The position numbers were made by a program, and so were the translations under genes. This document shows positions 9,001 through 17,559 of a stretch of 34,190 nt of DNA, one piece after another. Origin of the DNA: a virus. Its lineage: Duplodnaviria; Caudoviricetes. Position 1 is the stretch's first letter, and each line of letters begins with the position of its first letter. Under the pieces are notes generated by a model, which was not told where the DNA came from, ran no database searches, and saw nothing but the letters and a program-made list of their open reading frames with translations. The stretch lies in the IMG/VR virus record IMGVR_UViG_3300033067_000599, positions 1 through 34,190 of that record; one strand, 5' to 3'.

Positions 9001-12000
9001 AATACATCAACCGCTGACGGAACCTTCTTTTTGATCCCTTCCACGAACTGTGCCATTGGCTTAAGGAAGTCAAAAAATTTCCTTCTAAACCCACCGATCT
9101 CTTCTGGGTGCACAATCTCAGTCGCCGCTTCCATTGCTTGCACAACAGGGCCAGTATCAGACGGTTCAATCCCAAGTACTTCACAAACAACATTCTTTTC
9201 CCTAGTATGCCGGTTCATCAAGCGTTGCAACTCGGAAGTTGTCACTAGTGGAGGAGGATCAAATGGAGTTCTCATCTTCCTCTCAGCTAACGCCATAAAA
9301 GCTTGGACATCAGTGTCAGCTTCCTCAGCAGTACGAATCATTTTGGTCAGCGAGTCATAGATTTCCTCAACCTCTTTTCGTACATTCTTCAACGGACCAA
9401 GATTCCGTTCTGCCAAACCAAGGAATTCCTTGAACGCACCCCAAACGGTAGCAAAATCACGAAACAATCCTTGCATGAACCGCTGCGTTTCTCGGTTCCC
9501 AAATTGCATCATTGCGTTTAACTCTTTTGCGGTTCCCGGCTTCTCTGCACCCATTGCAAGAAGAGCCGAAAAGTCAGACAAAAACTCTTCGTCACCATTA
9601 ATTTTTTCGTATGCCGCTTTTCCTTGTAGCTCTACACTAGACATCAACTCGACCGGAGTAAGCATTCGAGTCATTTGCCTAATTGTTTCCACTTTTTCAA
9701 GTGAAGTCATTTTAGACGCAGACGTAATTGCTCGTAAGTACTCTCGGTATTGTGGACTATTAATGTCCCTTGCAGATTCGGCAAACATACCATGAGACAA
9801 CTCATGGGCAAGAACGAACAATGCTTCAAAAGCACGAGTAGACCGGGGACCAGTTGTCTCTCTGACCGCTACAATATGCCGCAAAACTGGAGACGTAACG
9901 TTCTCAGTAAGAGCAAGGTGCATTCCGCGTTCATTAGAAAGTAATTGTCCAAAATTAACTTTGCCTTCCATTGAACCTAGAAACCTTGCTGCTACCCTTG
10001 TAGCAGCATTCGACAAAATCCTAGCACGCTCTGGGTTTTCTCCTTGTGCCGCAAAATACCCGTTAAAAAATCTCTGAGTCGCTTGCAACAAACCTTCAGG
10101 TTTTTTGACCAAAGCTTCGTCAAGTCCAACCTCGCGAGACAAATTACTAATCCAATCCTTTGCCTCACCAGTAGGAGCAGAGTTTTTCCAGAAGTTGTAA
10201 ATACGAGCCATCTCGTCTTTCGACCGGCCTTCACGTTGAGCGCGGTTTAGTTCTTCAATGACGGTTTTTTTCCATGCAGAATCAGAAAGTTTCTCTCCAC
10301 TCTCCATCGCATTCAAACTCGGCTTAACCTTCCCCTTTGCAAACTCGGGCCGTTCTACCTCTAACCCCTTTTCATGTAATGAGTCTGCAAACTCAATAGC
10401 CAAACCCTTTCCAGAGTCAGTCTTTGGAAAGTCCTTCCACATGTCATGCCCATCTGCGCTCTTCCACTTAACACGGACAACATCCACCTCTGGCGCACCT
10501 GAATGCAACAGATTAAGCTTAGAAGCTTCACCTTGTGCTTCTTCTCTGGTCTTGTAAAACTTACCAGAAATCTGACCAGTTTCTGTATCTTGCACACCAA
10601 ACGTATTAGGCTGTAACGGAGATTCGATTACGTCAAAATCACCTTTGATAATCTTCGGACGTTCGACTACCTTAGTAAGCTTATCAGGACGATACATGGC
10701 CTTGTTACCGTCTTCGTGCTGAACCTCTACGATCACACTTCCATCTGCTTGTTTCTCTGCTTTCAGTACCTGTCCAAAACGACCTGACTTTCCTTTCAAA
10801 GTCACAATATCGCCCTGATTAAAACCTAACACTTCTTGCCCTTGTGTTTCTTTGCCACTCGGAATCACCTCCTTAGTTTTACCGAGAATTTGTTGAGCCT
10901 GGTCAAAGGACATTTTTTTAATCTCGGTCTGAAAATGTCCCAAAGCCATTAGTTCTTCCTCCATTTCTGGAGTAATAACTTTTTGCAAATCTACCTTTGT
11001 CGGTTCTGGCAACTTAGCCTCTGCACCATGAGAAGACAAGTCACTAACCATCTGCTGTACTCCAACAATCTTCCCTTCAGCTTTTAACTCACCAGCCAAA
11101 CGAACAGCACGATCAGGGTCGGGAAACACTTCCTGACGATTCTTTCCATCTTTCTCAGTCCACTTAACAACCCACGAAGCTTTTGCTCTTTGTTCGGGAG
11201 TCATCTTTGCAGCATCACTGACAATCTCCGCAAAAGGATCACTTGCTGTCTTACTCTGATCCAAAGGAAGAGTGAACTGATCAATAATAGACCCATTTTT
11301 CTGCTTCACCGGAACCGATTCAGGTTCACCTGGTACTTTTACCTTTGAAGAGGTGGGAGTGGTTGGAGTTTTAACCTCATCTTCAACCACTGTAGTAGGT
11401 GCTTTTACGGTTTTTTGGTCATCTGCACGAACCGTAATCGGCTTCTCTGTCTCCTCCCGCGTTTGGGAAGTACTAGAACCGGCTTTTGCTCGGTCCTTTA
11501 AAGTAATGTCTTCTAAAAGTTTTGCCTCTAGCTGAGCATCTGAAAACGTAGGAGAAAACCCTGGTATATCTTTTTCTGATTTAAACAGATCTTTCCATCC
11601 TAATGGCTCAGTTCCATGTGGACCAGCTTTTACTCCTTTCAACGAAGGCAAGTCCATTATACCGAACAAACCTTGCAACGCGAGGCTTTCACCAAGTCTC
11701 TTAGGTTCAAACGGATTATAGAACCCAGCAGACCAAGGCTGCCCTTGACTATGTGCTGCGGCGGCCGAGGTTAACTGTCCAATTCCCTCTGCTGCTGCCA
11801 TTCCACCGAGTTGTGCGCCAGCATACTCAGCTGGAGCTTTGATCAAACGAGACAACTGTGGACCATACTTAGTCAACGCATTAGCAACAGCTCCGCGGCC
11901 AACTGACATTGCACCAGGCATCACTCCAGGTATACCAGCTACAGCAGGCAATGTTGCACCACTAATAATAGAAGCCAATGGACTACCAGTGTCAGTGTAC

Positions 12001-12398
12001 GTCTTTGCCATCATGTCAGCAATGGCGAGAGGAAAACCAACATACGGTATTCTTGTCGCAAGAATCTGTGCACCAAGCCTTGGCACAGCCTCACCCGCGG
12101 AACGAAACGCTTCTTCGGTCTTTGGACCGACTAATGCACCCAGACTCCCAGTTAATGAACCAACAGCTTTATTGACCGGTTGAATTGCTCTGTCTACAAA
12201 CGACCCATATTCTTTAATCCCACGTCCAAGCATTCCAACATCCCCAGCCGAGAAGTTCTTACTTGCAGTCATCTCGTTGGAAAGACGTGAAAAGTCCTTC
12301 AAACCCATTCCAGCAAAGAATGGGTCTGCTTGACTGAACATGCTATGAAGTTTCTTTACTTCGTCGAAAGTAAACGGTGCCTGTTCCAGCTGATCCAT
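5970..12398 (-). CDS. Giant internal virion/ejection protein (large polyvalent-type) with zincin HExxH domain
   Basis: 2142 aa, last gene of the morphogenesis operon (T7 gp16/P22 gp16 position). LAHELSH...EEFL motif, SH3/KOW-like segment, hydrophobic helical N- and C-terminal regions. Confidence 0.75.
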   Translation of the reverse strand: MDQLEQAPFTFDEVKKLHSMFSQADPFFAGMGLKDFSRLSNEMTASKNFSAGDVGMLGRGIKEYGSFVDRAIQPVNKAVGSLTGSLGALVGPKTEEAFRSAGEAVPRLGAQILATRIPYVGFPLAIADMMAKTYTDTGSPLASIISGATLPAVAGIPGVMPGAMSVGRGAVANALTKYGPQLSRLIKAPAEYAGAQLGGMAAAEGIGQLTSAAAAHSQGQPWSAGFYNPFEPKRLGESLALQGLFGIMDLPSLKGVKAGPHGTEPLGWKDLFKSEKDIPGFSPTFSDAQLEAKLLEDITLKDRAKAGSSTSQTREETEKPITVRADDQKTVKAPTTVVEDEVKTPTTPTSSKVKVPGEPESVPVKQKNGSIIDQFTLPLDQSKTASDPFAEIVSDAAKMTPEQRAKASWVVKWTEKDGKNRQEVFPDPDRAVRLAGELKAEGKIVGVQQMVSDLSSHGAEAKLPEPTKVDLQKVITPEMEEELMALGHFQTEIKKMSFDQAQQILGKTKEVIPSGKETQGQEVLGFNQGDIVTLKGKSGRFGQVLKAEKQADGSVIVEVQHEDGNKAMYRPDKLTKVVERPKIIKGDFDVIESPLQPNTFGVQDTETGQISGKFYKTREEAQGEASKLNLLHSGAPEVDVVRVKWKSADGHDMWKDFPKTDSGKGLAIEFADSLHEKGLEVERPEFAKGKVKPSLNAMESGEKLSDSAWKKTVIEELNRAQREGRSKDEMARIYNFWKNSAPTGEAKDWISNLSREVGLDEALVKKPEGLLQATQRFFNGYFAAQGENPERARILSNAATRVAARFLGSMEGKVNFGQLLSNERGMHLALTENVTSPVLRHIVAVRETTGPRSTRAFEALFVLAHELSHGMFAESARDINSPQYREYLRAITSASKMTSLEKVETIRQMTRMLTPVELMSSVELQGKAAYEKINGDEEFLSDFSALLAMGAEKPGTAKELNAMMQFGNRETQRFMQGLFRDFATVWGAFKEFLGLAERNLGPLKNVRKEVEEIYDSLTKMIRTAEEADTDVQAFMALAERKMRTPFDPPPLVTTSELQRLMNRHTREKNVVCEVLGIEPSDTGPVVQAMEAATEIVHPEEIGGFRRKFFDFLKPMAQFVEGIKKKVPSAVDVFSLGVRYPQFVNNNVMEVWTRVWRNEKGEMDWKRLRWIGSEGTKQNSAFNKIALRENERSVAGEDTFMTRAEREALSPEYKSLSMIEKDKVDLCIEQFGEMSKITGEEEIRTRRLMTNNLAAITIQSHNKNMFSPEATKWGQEAVSLVYDRNNPRVFANEQEWALSAQEFFKKVPLSDETKKSLFKDLEKNYEDYTKLQDHLLGKADDSGERSGKLFYMPEVRYLPWHIAYGLATDLDAKGKPKVHLEHFKSRQEAATRVAGLRKEGGVEWMMHYNRMDKAERFQGLIKERLVDVYAAADKQYMDNVLYNIEKSMPGSETVVDAVREGYVPGTGARWIRTSPYMRERKFTAGREHINLVEGYVHYVDAVAHKHAKGFVTQGSHLVLNNPDMRANLNIRNRFSDWLNFVTNPEGKEWTAMKNLIFFNYMGLNPSTLLVESTQQMLTVVPGLIREGMSLSKVYRSLVDAQVEMGKAWKNGKKYENEDLNWAVAEAVRNDIIKTGFQSDLYGETDFDYAKIRSSVAGDNKLGEARDALLRKPLYQMMAAARHFYGYSTRFNSQATFIAAFKHAMETTAKGDRQKAYDWASHFTYVTLFGGGRVTRPEVFQGMGKWTGVGGLLYSLNSYTFNTIAMMARLGKEAIIRQPGLSASERSSAQKAFATMMGTQALFAGLLGYPLVAGTVALIEQIFGVPVKKELREAFVNLAGDDAELGRMIADGALNGALNTGPLDIGSRFQLGNLLGVSAYDGFSWKNLLGPAASMLENYGKAANAVVEGDGWTALEKIAPTGIRNILKTVEAGGDSRDTQDRMVHKMDDTDAVLQALGFKPKAVNQYYERQAMYLRSETNRQKELGGFKKEIAKLLLNGNYKEAQKALYAGKAEYGDYDVREMLKGAIEYAQEYKYPRDPLASASRYNLTDAQEIQRLFPSVEGPSESAKLMEKMQMERAVGVPFMGMPTREEMMKAQMVDQYLKQNPQMTIAQAKRAIELKMHPQNIVRQGVQPGTLQSLLVR

Positions 12399-12406
12399 AA
12401 AGTCTT

Positions 12407-12421
12407 TTTCAATTATTGAAA
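12407..12421. promoter_or_regulatory. Palindromic element, copy 2
   Basis: TTTCAATTATTGAAA between the TGA at 12423 and the ATG at 12398. Confidence 0.65.
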
Positions 12422-12422
12422 C

Positions 12423-12767
12423 TCACCATCCCATCGTAGGAGTCGATCCTTGTTTAATCAAATCCTGCAAGAACGCTTGACGTCGCTGGCTAGAGATTTG
12501 TTCGTCTTGTTTCGTCTGGTTAAGCATTTGACCAGTTTGTTGAGCAAACCCACCATTTGAAGGATCACCAGCAGGGGGAATAAACGATGGACCTCTTTGC
12601 TGTCCTGATCCACCTCCACCAGAAAACATGGCTGGAATCATAGACTGCATCATTCCACCTCCACCAGTGACAATGCTTGACAAACCACCTCCACCAGCGG
12701 CACCAGCCATTCCAGACGTTGCTGCTCCACCACCACCTGCTCCTAATAGTCCCGCTAAAAAAGCCAT
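12423..12767 (-). CDS. Small Gly-rich probable ejection protein
   Basis: Gly/Ala/Met-rich hydrophobic N-terminus and Gln-rich C-terminus, within the ejection gene block. Confidence 0.6.
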   Translation of the reverse strand: MAFLAGLLGAGGGGAATSGMAGAAGGGGLSSIVTGGGGMMQSMIPAMFSGGGGSGQQRGPSFIPPAGDPSNGGFAQQTGQMLNQTKQDEQISSQRRQAFLQDLIKQGSTPTMGW

Positions 12768-12769
12768 AC

Positions 12770-14356
12770 TTAAGCCCTCATTCCGTTTTGTTGAAGCAAA
12801 GCCATAACCAATTGCTTGATGTATTCTTGACTCTGCTTTAAGTGTTCTCCTGCTTTTGATCCACCTTCTGGACCAAAGTTAATGTTTCCTGGTTGCAGGA
12901 AAGACAAAGGTAGCAATTGTTTACCTTCCGACTTCTTTTTTTCTTCTTTTTTCTGTTGACTAGGGAACTGATCTCTACGTGGAATTTGATTATTCTGTTC
13001 CAATTCTGGAGGTGGAGGATTTACTAAATTCAAATTCCTCTGCATAGGAGTTCTTTGCGGAATAACAAACGCAGCAGAAGGATCAAGATTTTGCATACCT
13101 TGAACTGGAATAACGCTTGTTTGAAAACGAGGAGCAATATCAGTTTGCTGATAAGGCAACCCAGGTTGATTTTTTGGAATAAACTGAGCAGGTGGAATTG
13201 TTTGATTCATTTCATCAGTTCTTCCAAAAGGATTTTGAAAAGTGTTGATAAAATTATCAAACTTATCACTAAGATTAGCTGCACTTTGACCAGGAGTTCC
13301 TGTCATTAGACGATTAAAATAACTAGTTCCTTGACTTGTTTTTGGAACCTTGAAACCAGCAGACTGATCAAGACCAGTCATACCAGGAGTAGGAGCAACA
13401 GAAACCTTAGAAGGTTCTTGTGGTTGTTGTTGGGTTTGTCCAGACAAACCATTACCTGTGATCAAATCCATTAGACCACCAAAGATACCAGAACCGTTAC
13501 CACGAGAAGGTTGACTAGGAGGAGTCCCAGTATTCGGTGCATTAGCAGCCGGAGAAGAACCTCCCTTACCAAGCAACTGATTCGCTACCTTCATCCACTG
13601 TCCACCAGGAGTCATGCTTTGGTCTGGACCTGCTGGTTGTGGAATGCCAAGAAAGTCCATTGCAGCAGGAACGTTATCGCTCATGCTCATTTGACCTTGC
13701 ATTTTAGAGGCAGAATTAACCGCTGCAATTCTTGGTGCAAGTCTTGCCATTTCAATGTTAGAAGCAACCTCAGCTTCAGGAGCACCCATGATTGTACGAT
13801 AATCATTTGCCTCCTGAGTAGCGTTGTTGTTAATCTGCTGTCCTTGAGTAATAGCTCCCATTTGATTTTGCTGATACGGGAGCATAGATTTTTGCATATA
13901 TGATTGCCACATATGCCAAGGCAAATCAGTTCCTGGAATAGTTTTACTAAGACTCTTCCACGCATCAGCGGACTGCCTTGTTGCCTCACTAGTCGCTCCT
14001 GCATTAGCGTTCAAGTTCCCAGCTTGAGACATGTTCAACGCATTAACCGCAGGAGTACGGTTCTGCTGATCCAATGTACCAGCGGCACGGTCAAACCTTT
14101 CAAAGTCTTGCGGAGTAAATGCGGACAACCCACGATAATTCGTAGGAACGCCTTGACTCATTTGCTCGTTTCCTTTGATCAGATTTAACAACGACCCTTG
14201 ATCTACTGTCTGCTGAATACCACGATTCGCCCTATTCCTCGCAGTCTCAGCTTGCAGTGTCGGGTTAAACGCACCAATGAACTGACCTGGGTTGATCGAA
14301 TTACCATCAAACGATCCAGCCAAGCGTTCCCAAAGACTTGCCCAATCCCATGCCAT
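12770..14356 (-). CDS. Probable ejection/DNA transfer protein (Q/N/P/G-rich, largely disordered)
   Basis: 528 aa of low-complexity composition, at the position equivalent to P22 gp20. Confidence 0.6.
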   Translation of the reverse strand: MAWDWASLWERLAGSFDGNSINPGQFIGAFNPTLQAETARNRANRGIQQTVDQGSLLNLIKGNEQMSQGVPTNYRGLSAFTPQDFERFDRAAGTLDQQNRTPAVNALNMSQAGNLNANAGATSEATRQSADAWKSLSKTIPGTDLPWHMWQSYMQKSMLPYQQNQMGAITQGQQINNNATQEANDYRTIMGAPEAEVASNIEMARLAPRIAAVNSASKMQGQMSMSDNVPAAMDFLGIPQPAGPDQSMTPGGQWMKVANQLLGKGGSSPAANAPNTGTPPSQPSRGNGSGIFGGLMDLITGNGLSGQTQQQPQEPSKVSVAPTPGMTGLDQSAGFKVPKTSQGTSYFNRLMTGTPGQSAANLSDKFDNFINTFQNPFGRTDEMNQTIPPAQFIPKNQPGLPYQQTDIAPRFQTSVIPVQGMQNLDPSAAFVIPQRTPMQRNLNLVNPPPPELEQNNQIPRRDQFPSQQKKEEKKKSEGKQLLPLSFLQPGNINFGPEGGSKAGEHLKQSQEYIKQLVMALLQQNGMRA

Positions 14357-14360
14357 AGTA

Positions 14361-15488
14361 TTATGCCTTTCCGTTTCTCAACCAACCAATGAAACTCCAA
14401 ATATGGAACCAACCCCAGCACCAAGACTTCCAAATAGAAGTCTCTCGGCTGACGTATTGCGCATAGCCCCACTTTAGGAATGGACGAATACAAATCGCAT
14501 TCATCACTCGTTTCAAAGGACTGAACTTTTGCATCGCAGGAACAAGCCAATGACTCATCCAACGATAACCTGAAATTCTATTCTCCGTCCTATAACATTC
14601 TCTTCCCCAACGAACGTACCAGGGAAGTTGACCATTGAGACATTCAAGGAATATGAAGCAACACTGAGGAGTGCTTGTACTCCATGAAGTAGCACTTGAA
14701 TTTGTGTTTCCGGTTCCAGAAAGATTGTCCGTTGTAGTCGCTGTAGGCACTCCAAGCAACTCAGCCACCATTTGAAGCATAGCTAGATGCGTAGACTTCA
14801 TCCTATCAGCAGCTTGCGCTCCACCGAGTTGTTCTTGAGTTGTCTGACCTTCACTCTGCCGAGCTTGTTGCTGTGCTTGCATCGAACTACCTCGACGCAT
14901 TGACTCGATTGTGTTGAAAAGCTGAATAGCACCAGTGACATTAGAGGCTTCTTTGTCCTGCTGTCCACGAACCTCCTTGAAACGATTAATTGACTGCAAG
15001 TTTCCTAATTCTGCTAGTTCAATTCCTTGTCTGCCGACTGGACCACGCACATTAGCAGGACCACTCAACGCTTCTGCACGTGCTTTTTCAAAAGAACGAT
15101 CGTAAAGCTCTCCAGTATTGCTCTCATAATCAGACGAGTATGGATTCCTCGACATGATGTTAAAAAGAGCTTCATCACCATTAAAACTTGACGGATCAAG
15201 ATTAATGATGTCTGAAATCTGCTGAGTACCTGGGTAATCAGACTTGTTTCTTTGAAGAAGGTTAGTAAGAAAATCTTGGTGCGCTGGTTGGACGTATTCT
15301 GGATGCGAATAATACCCGGAAGCCATCACTGACTGTGACGTTTCTGACGGCAAACGATATGTTCTAGCGGCTGAACTAGTTCCTTGCCTTTGCCAGCTTT
15401 GATTAGTGTCAGTGTTCTGTCCACCAAAGCTAGCGTTAAAAAACCTTGTCGAAGCTGGGAACCAACCAAAAATTGATGACTTGATCAT
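14361..15488 (-). CDS. Probable ejection protein (P22 gp7 position) with C-terminal CFI-box-like domain
   Basis: Ser/Thr/Gln-rich body, with CCFIFLE...GY..W at the C-terminus. Start moved to ATG 15488, which overlaps the GNAT stop (ATGA). Confidence 0.6.
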   Translation of the reverse strand: MIKSSIFGWFPASTRFFNASFGGQNTDTNQSWQRQGTSSAARTYRLPSETSQSVMASGYYSHPEYVQPAHQDFLTNLLQRNKSDYPGTQQISDIINLDPSSFNGDEALFNIMSRNPYSSDYESNTGELYDRSFEKARAEALSGPANVRGPVGRQGIELAELGNLQSINRFKEVRGQQDKEASNVTGAIQLFNTIESMRRGSSMQAQQQARQSEGQTTQEQLGGAQAADRMKSTHLAMLQMVAELLGVPTATTTDNLSGTGNTNSSATSWSTSTPQCCFIFLECLNGQLPWYVRWGRECYRTENRISGYRWMSHWLVPAMQKFSPLKRVMNAICIRPFLKWGYAQYVSRETSIWKSWCWGWFHIWSFIGWLRNGKA

Positions 15489-15952
15489 AGCGTTTTTGTA
15501 AAGCAAACCAGATGTCGTTGAAAACCAAACCGTTTTTCAAAAAGAGCAAAACCTTTTCCATTAATACGTGGAGTAAACGCTTGAAGATGAACAAATCCTT
15601 TTGATTTTGCCCATTTTTCCACGTGTTTTAAACCAAACTTTGAAGCACCAGGGACTGTACGCTTGGTATACGCTGCGAAGATGACCGCGGTTCGAGCAAA
15701 GTCATACTTCGAGTTACTACCAAACGCTATCGTATAACCAATGATGTCGTTTTCGTTCAAACCATAAACGACCAAATGGCCTTCGTCTTCACCTAGAGCG
15801 ATCACATCAAGCACAAGACGAAGATAGTAATTCTCGTCCGCTTGATGAGTAGGACGCATTAAAGTATTTAAATACTTCCTACCTTCTTGAAAAATAGGCC
15901 AGTATTTAACTACCTGGTCTACTGTCTTAATCCGTATGACTTTCAGATTCAT
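15485..15952 (-). CDS. GNAT-fold virion assembly protein (P22 gp14/T7 gp13 position)
   Basis: LKHVEKWAKSKGFVHLQAFT...FEKRFGF matches the GNAT C-terminal pattern. Conserved position between nozzle and ejection genes. Confidence 0.7.
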   Translation of the reverse strand: MNLKVIRIKTVDQVVKYWPIFQEGRKYLNTLMRPTHQADENYYLRLVLDVIALGEDEGHLVVYGLNENDIIGYTIAFGSNSKYDFARTAVIFAAYTKRTVPGASKFGLKHVEKWAKSKGFVHLQAFTPRINGKGFALFEKRFGFQRHLVCFTKTL

Positions 15953-17559
15953 TGTTCTGCTTTTCCTCCATAGATATGTTCTTGAAAACCATAAAAGTTA
16001 CAAATCTTGTTGTCTGGAAAAGTGAATTTCCATCGGAAAACCTTTCCGCTTTTCTTTGGAAAAGTTAAACGACCTTGAGAAAGAGAACTATTCCATGTTC
16101 CAAGCAAAACAAATGTATCAGTTCCACCCAAGTTTTCTTTTACAGAAATGTAAACTTGAATATCAACATTTGCCGTAGCCGAGATCGTTATCGCATTAGT
16201 TTCTTTTACAGAAAATAAATCACCATAGAAAAACTCGCCTGTTATTAGTTCTTTGCTGTACGTAGCGTCTGGATCAGTGTTTGTGTTGACCAAAGAGAAC
16301 ACTTCATCAGTGCCAACATAAGAAAATGCTTGAATGTCATTAACAATCGTTCCAGATTTTCCTAAATCTCCGATTAAAGTTGTTGCTTCAATGTCCTCCG
16401 CTGCAACTAATGGGTCTAAATCGGAAATTCTTACTTCTTTCTGTCCTTGTAAACTGAAAATACCCATTGCATTAGAACTAAGGGCGGTTCTAAAGTAATA
16501 CTTATACCATTTTTTGATTTTCCAGTTGTAAATAAAGTGAACAGAATCGCTAGCATTGCAAAAATTCCAACAAATTTCGTTGTTACTGTAGTTAATGTTG
16601 GTAAAAACCCTAGTACTGGCAGCATCAACGGTTGCTGCACGGAAAGAACTAGTAAACTCTTCCCGTACTGCATCTCCAATTGAAACAATACCATCTCTTC
16701 CAAAGGAAAAAATGTTCTGCTCTACATCATTATAGAAAAAGATCTGCTTTCCGTTGCTTCCAGCCATGAAAGGGTAAGAACATCCAATGTTCGAGACCTT
16801 TACAAAGTTAAAAATCTTAGGAAGCCCAAGATACCGAGTATGCAAAATGGCATTCGGGTAAAGAGCGAACAAATCATCATCGAGGACAAAAAGACCAGTC
16901 CCACCAACAAAACTATCTTTAATGTTCGCCATCAAGGAAGCGTCATAGCAGTCAGCTTCATTGTCATGTTTAACTCCCCAAACATCTGGACGATTTAGAC
17001 CTGACCAAATGATCCCGTAATGGTTTTCAGCTTTTTTATATGAGTAATTCTGACCAACCAAATGCCCAAAAAACTCAACTAGAAACGTACAAGCTGGCAA
17101 ATCTTCAGTAGTCTCTTGCCCTACGTTTACTCCATCTGTCCATGCTAGTCGTTGAATCTTGGAAGAAAAGTAAATCCTATCAGAGAACTTAGCAAGACTT
17201 ATTTTTTTCTCCCAAAACAAAAATGCAGAACGAACCAAATAAGAAGTAAGAGAACCAAGAAGGGTAGAGTTAAGTGGAAGTTCTGGAGCATACTGATAAA
17301 CTTTTTGTTCGTAAAAGGCAACAAAAAACCCACGTCTTTGAAACAAGACTGGAAGAAAAACTAGTTCAAAAAGCCAAGACGCTGTAACTGGCTGTGTTCC
17401 TTTTAGAACAAAGATCGGTCCAGTCTGCAACAACCCGTCACGAAGAAACATTCCATTATGAGTTTTCCATACGGTTTCTTGTACAAGATGTGCTGGGCCT
17501 GTAGAATTCAGACCATTAAGCACATCTTCAACGTGAGGAATGTCTGTTGTCGTTGTCAC
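15949..17559 (-). CDS. Tail nozzle / DNA stabilization protein (P22 gp10-like beta-propeller)
   Basis: 536 aa, beta-rich. IIWSGLNRPDVW, SIGDAV, NNEICW, FIYNW..KKW and GKVFRWKF segments are typical of podovirus nozzle proteins. Confidence 0.7.
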   Translation of the reverse strand: MTTTTDIPHVEDVLNGLNSTGPAHLVQETVWKTHNGMFLRDGLLQTGPIFVLKGTQPVTASWLFELVFLPVLFQRRGFFVAFYEQKVYQYAPELPLNSTLLGSLTSYLVRSAFLFWEKKISLAKFSDRIYFSSKIQRLAWTDGVNVGQETTEDLPACTFLVEFFGHLVGQNYSYKKAENHYGIIWSGLNRPDVWGVKHDNEADCYDASLMANIKDSFVGGTGLFVLDDDLFALYPNAILHTRYLGLPKIFNFVKVSNIGCSYPFMAGSNGKQIFFYNDVEQNIFSFGRDGIVSIGDAVREEFTSSFRAATVDAASTRVFTNINYSNNEICWNFCNASDSVHFIYNWKIKKWYKYYFRTALSSNAMGIFSLQGQKEVRISDLDPLVAAEDIEATTLIGDLGKSGTIVNDIQAFSYVGTDEVFSLVNTNTDPDATYSKELITGEFFYGDLFSVKETNAITISATANVDIQVYISVKENLGGTDTFVLLGTWNSSLSQGRLTFPKKSGKVFRWKFTFPDNKICNFYGFQEHIYGGKAEQ

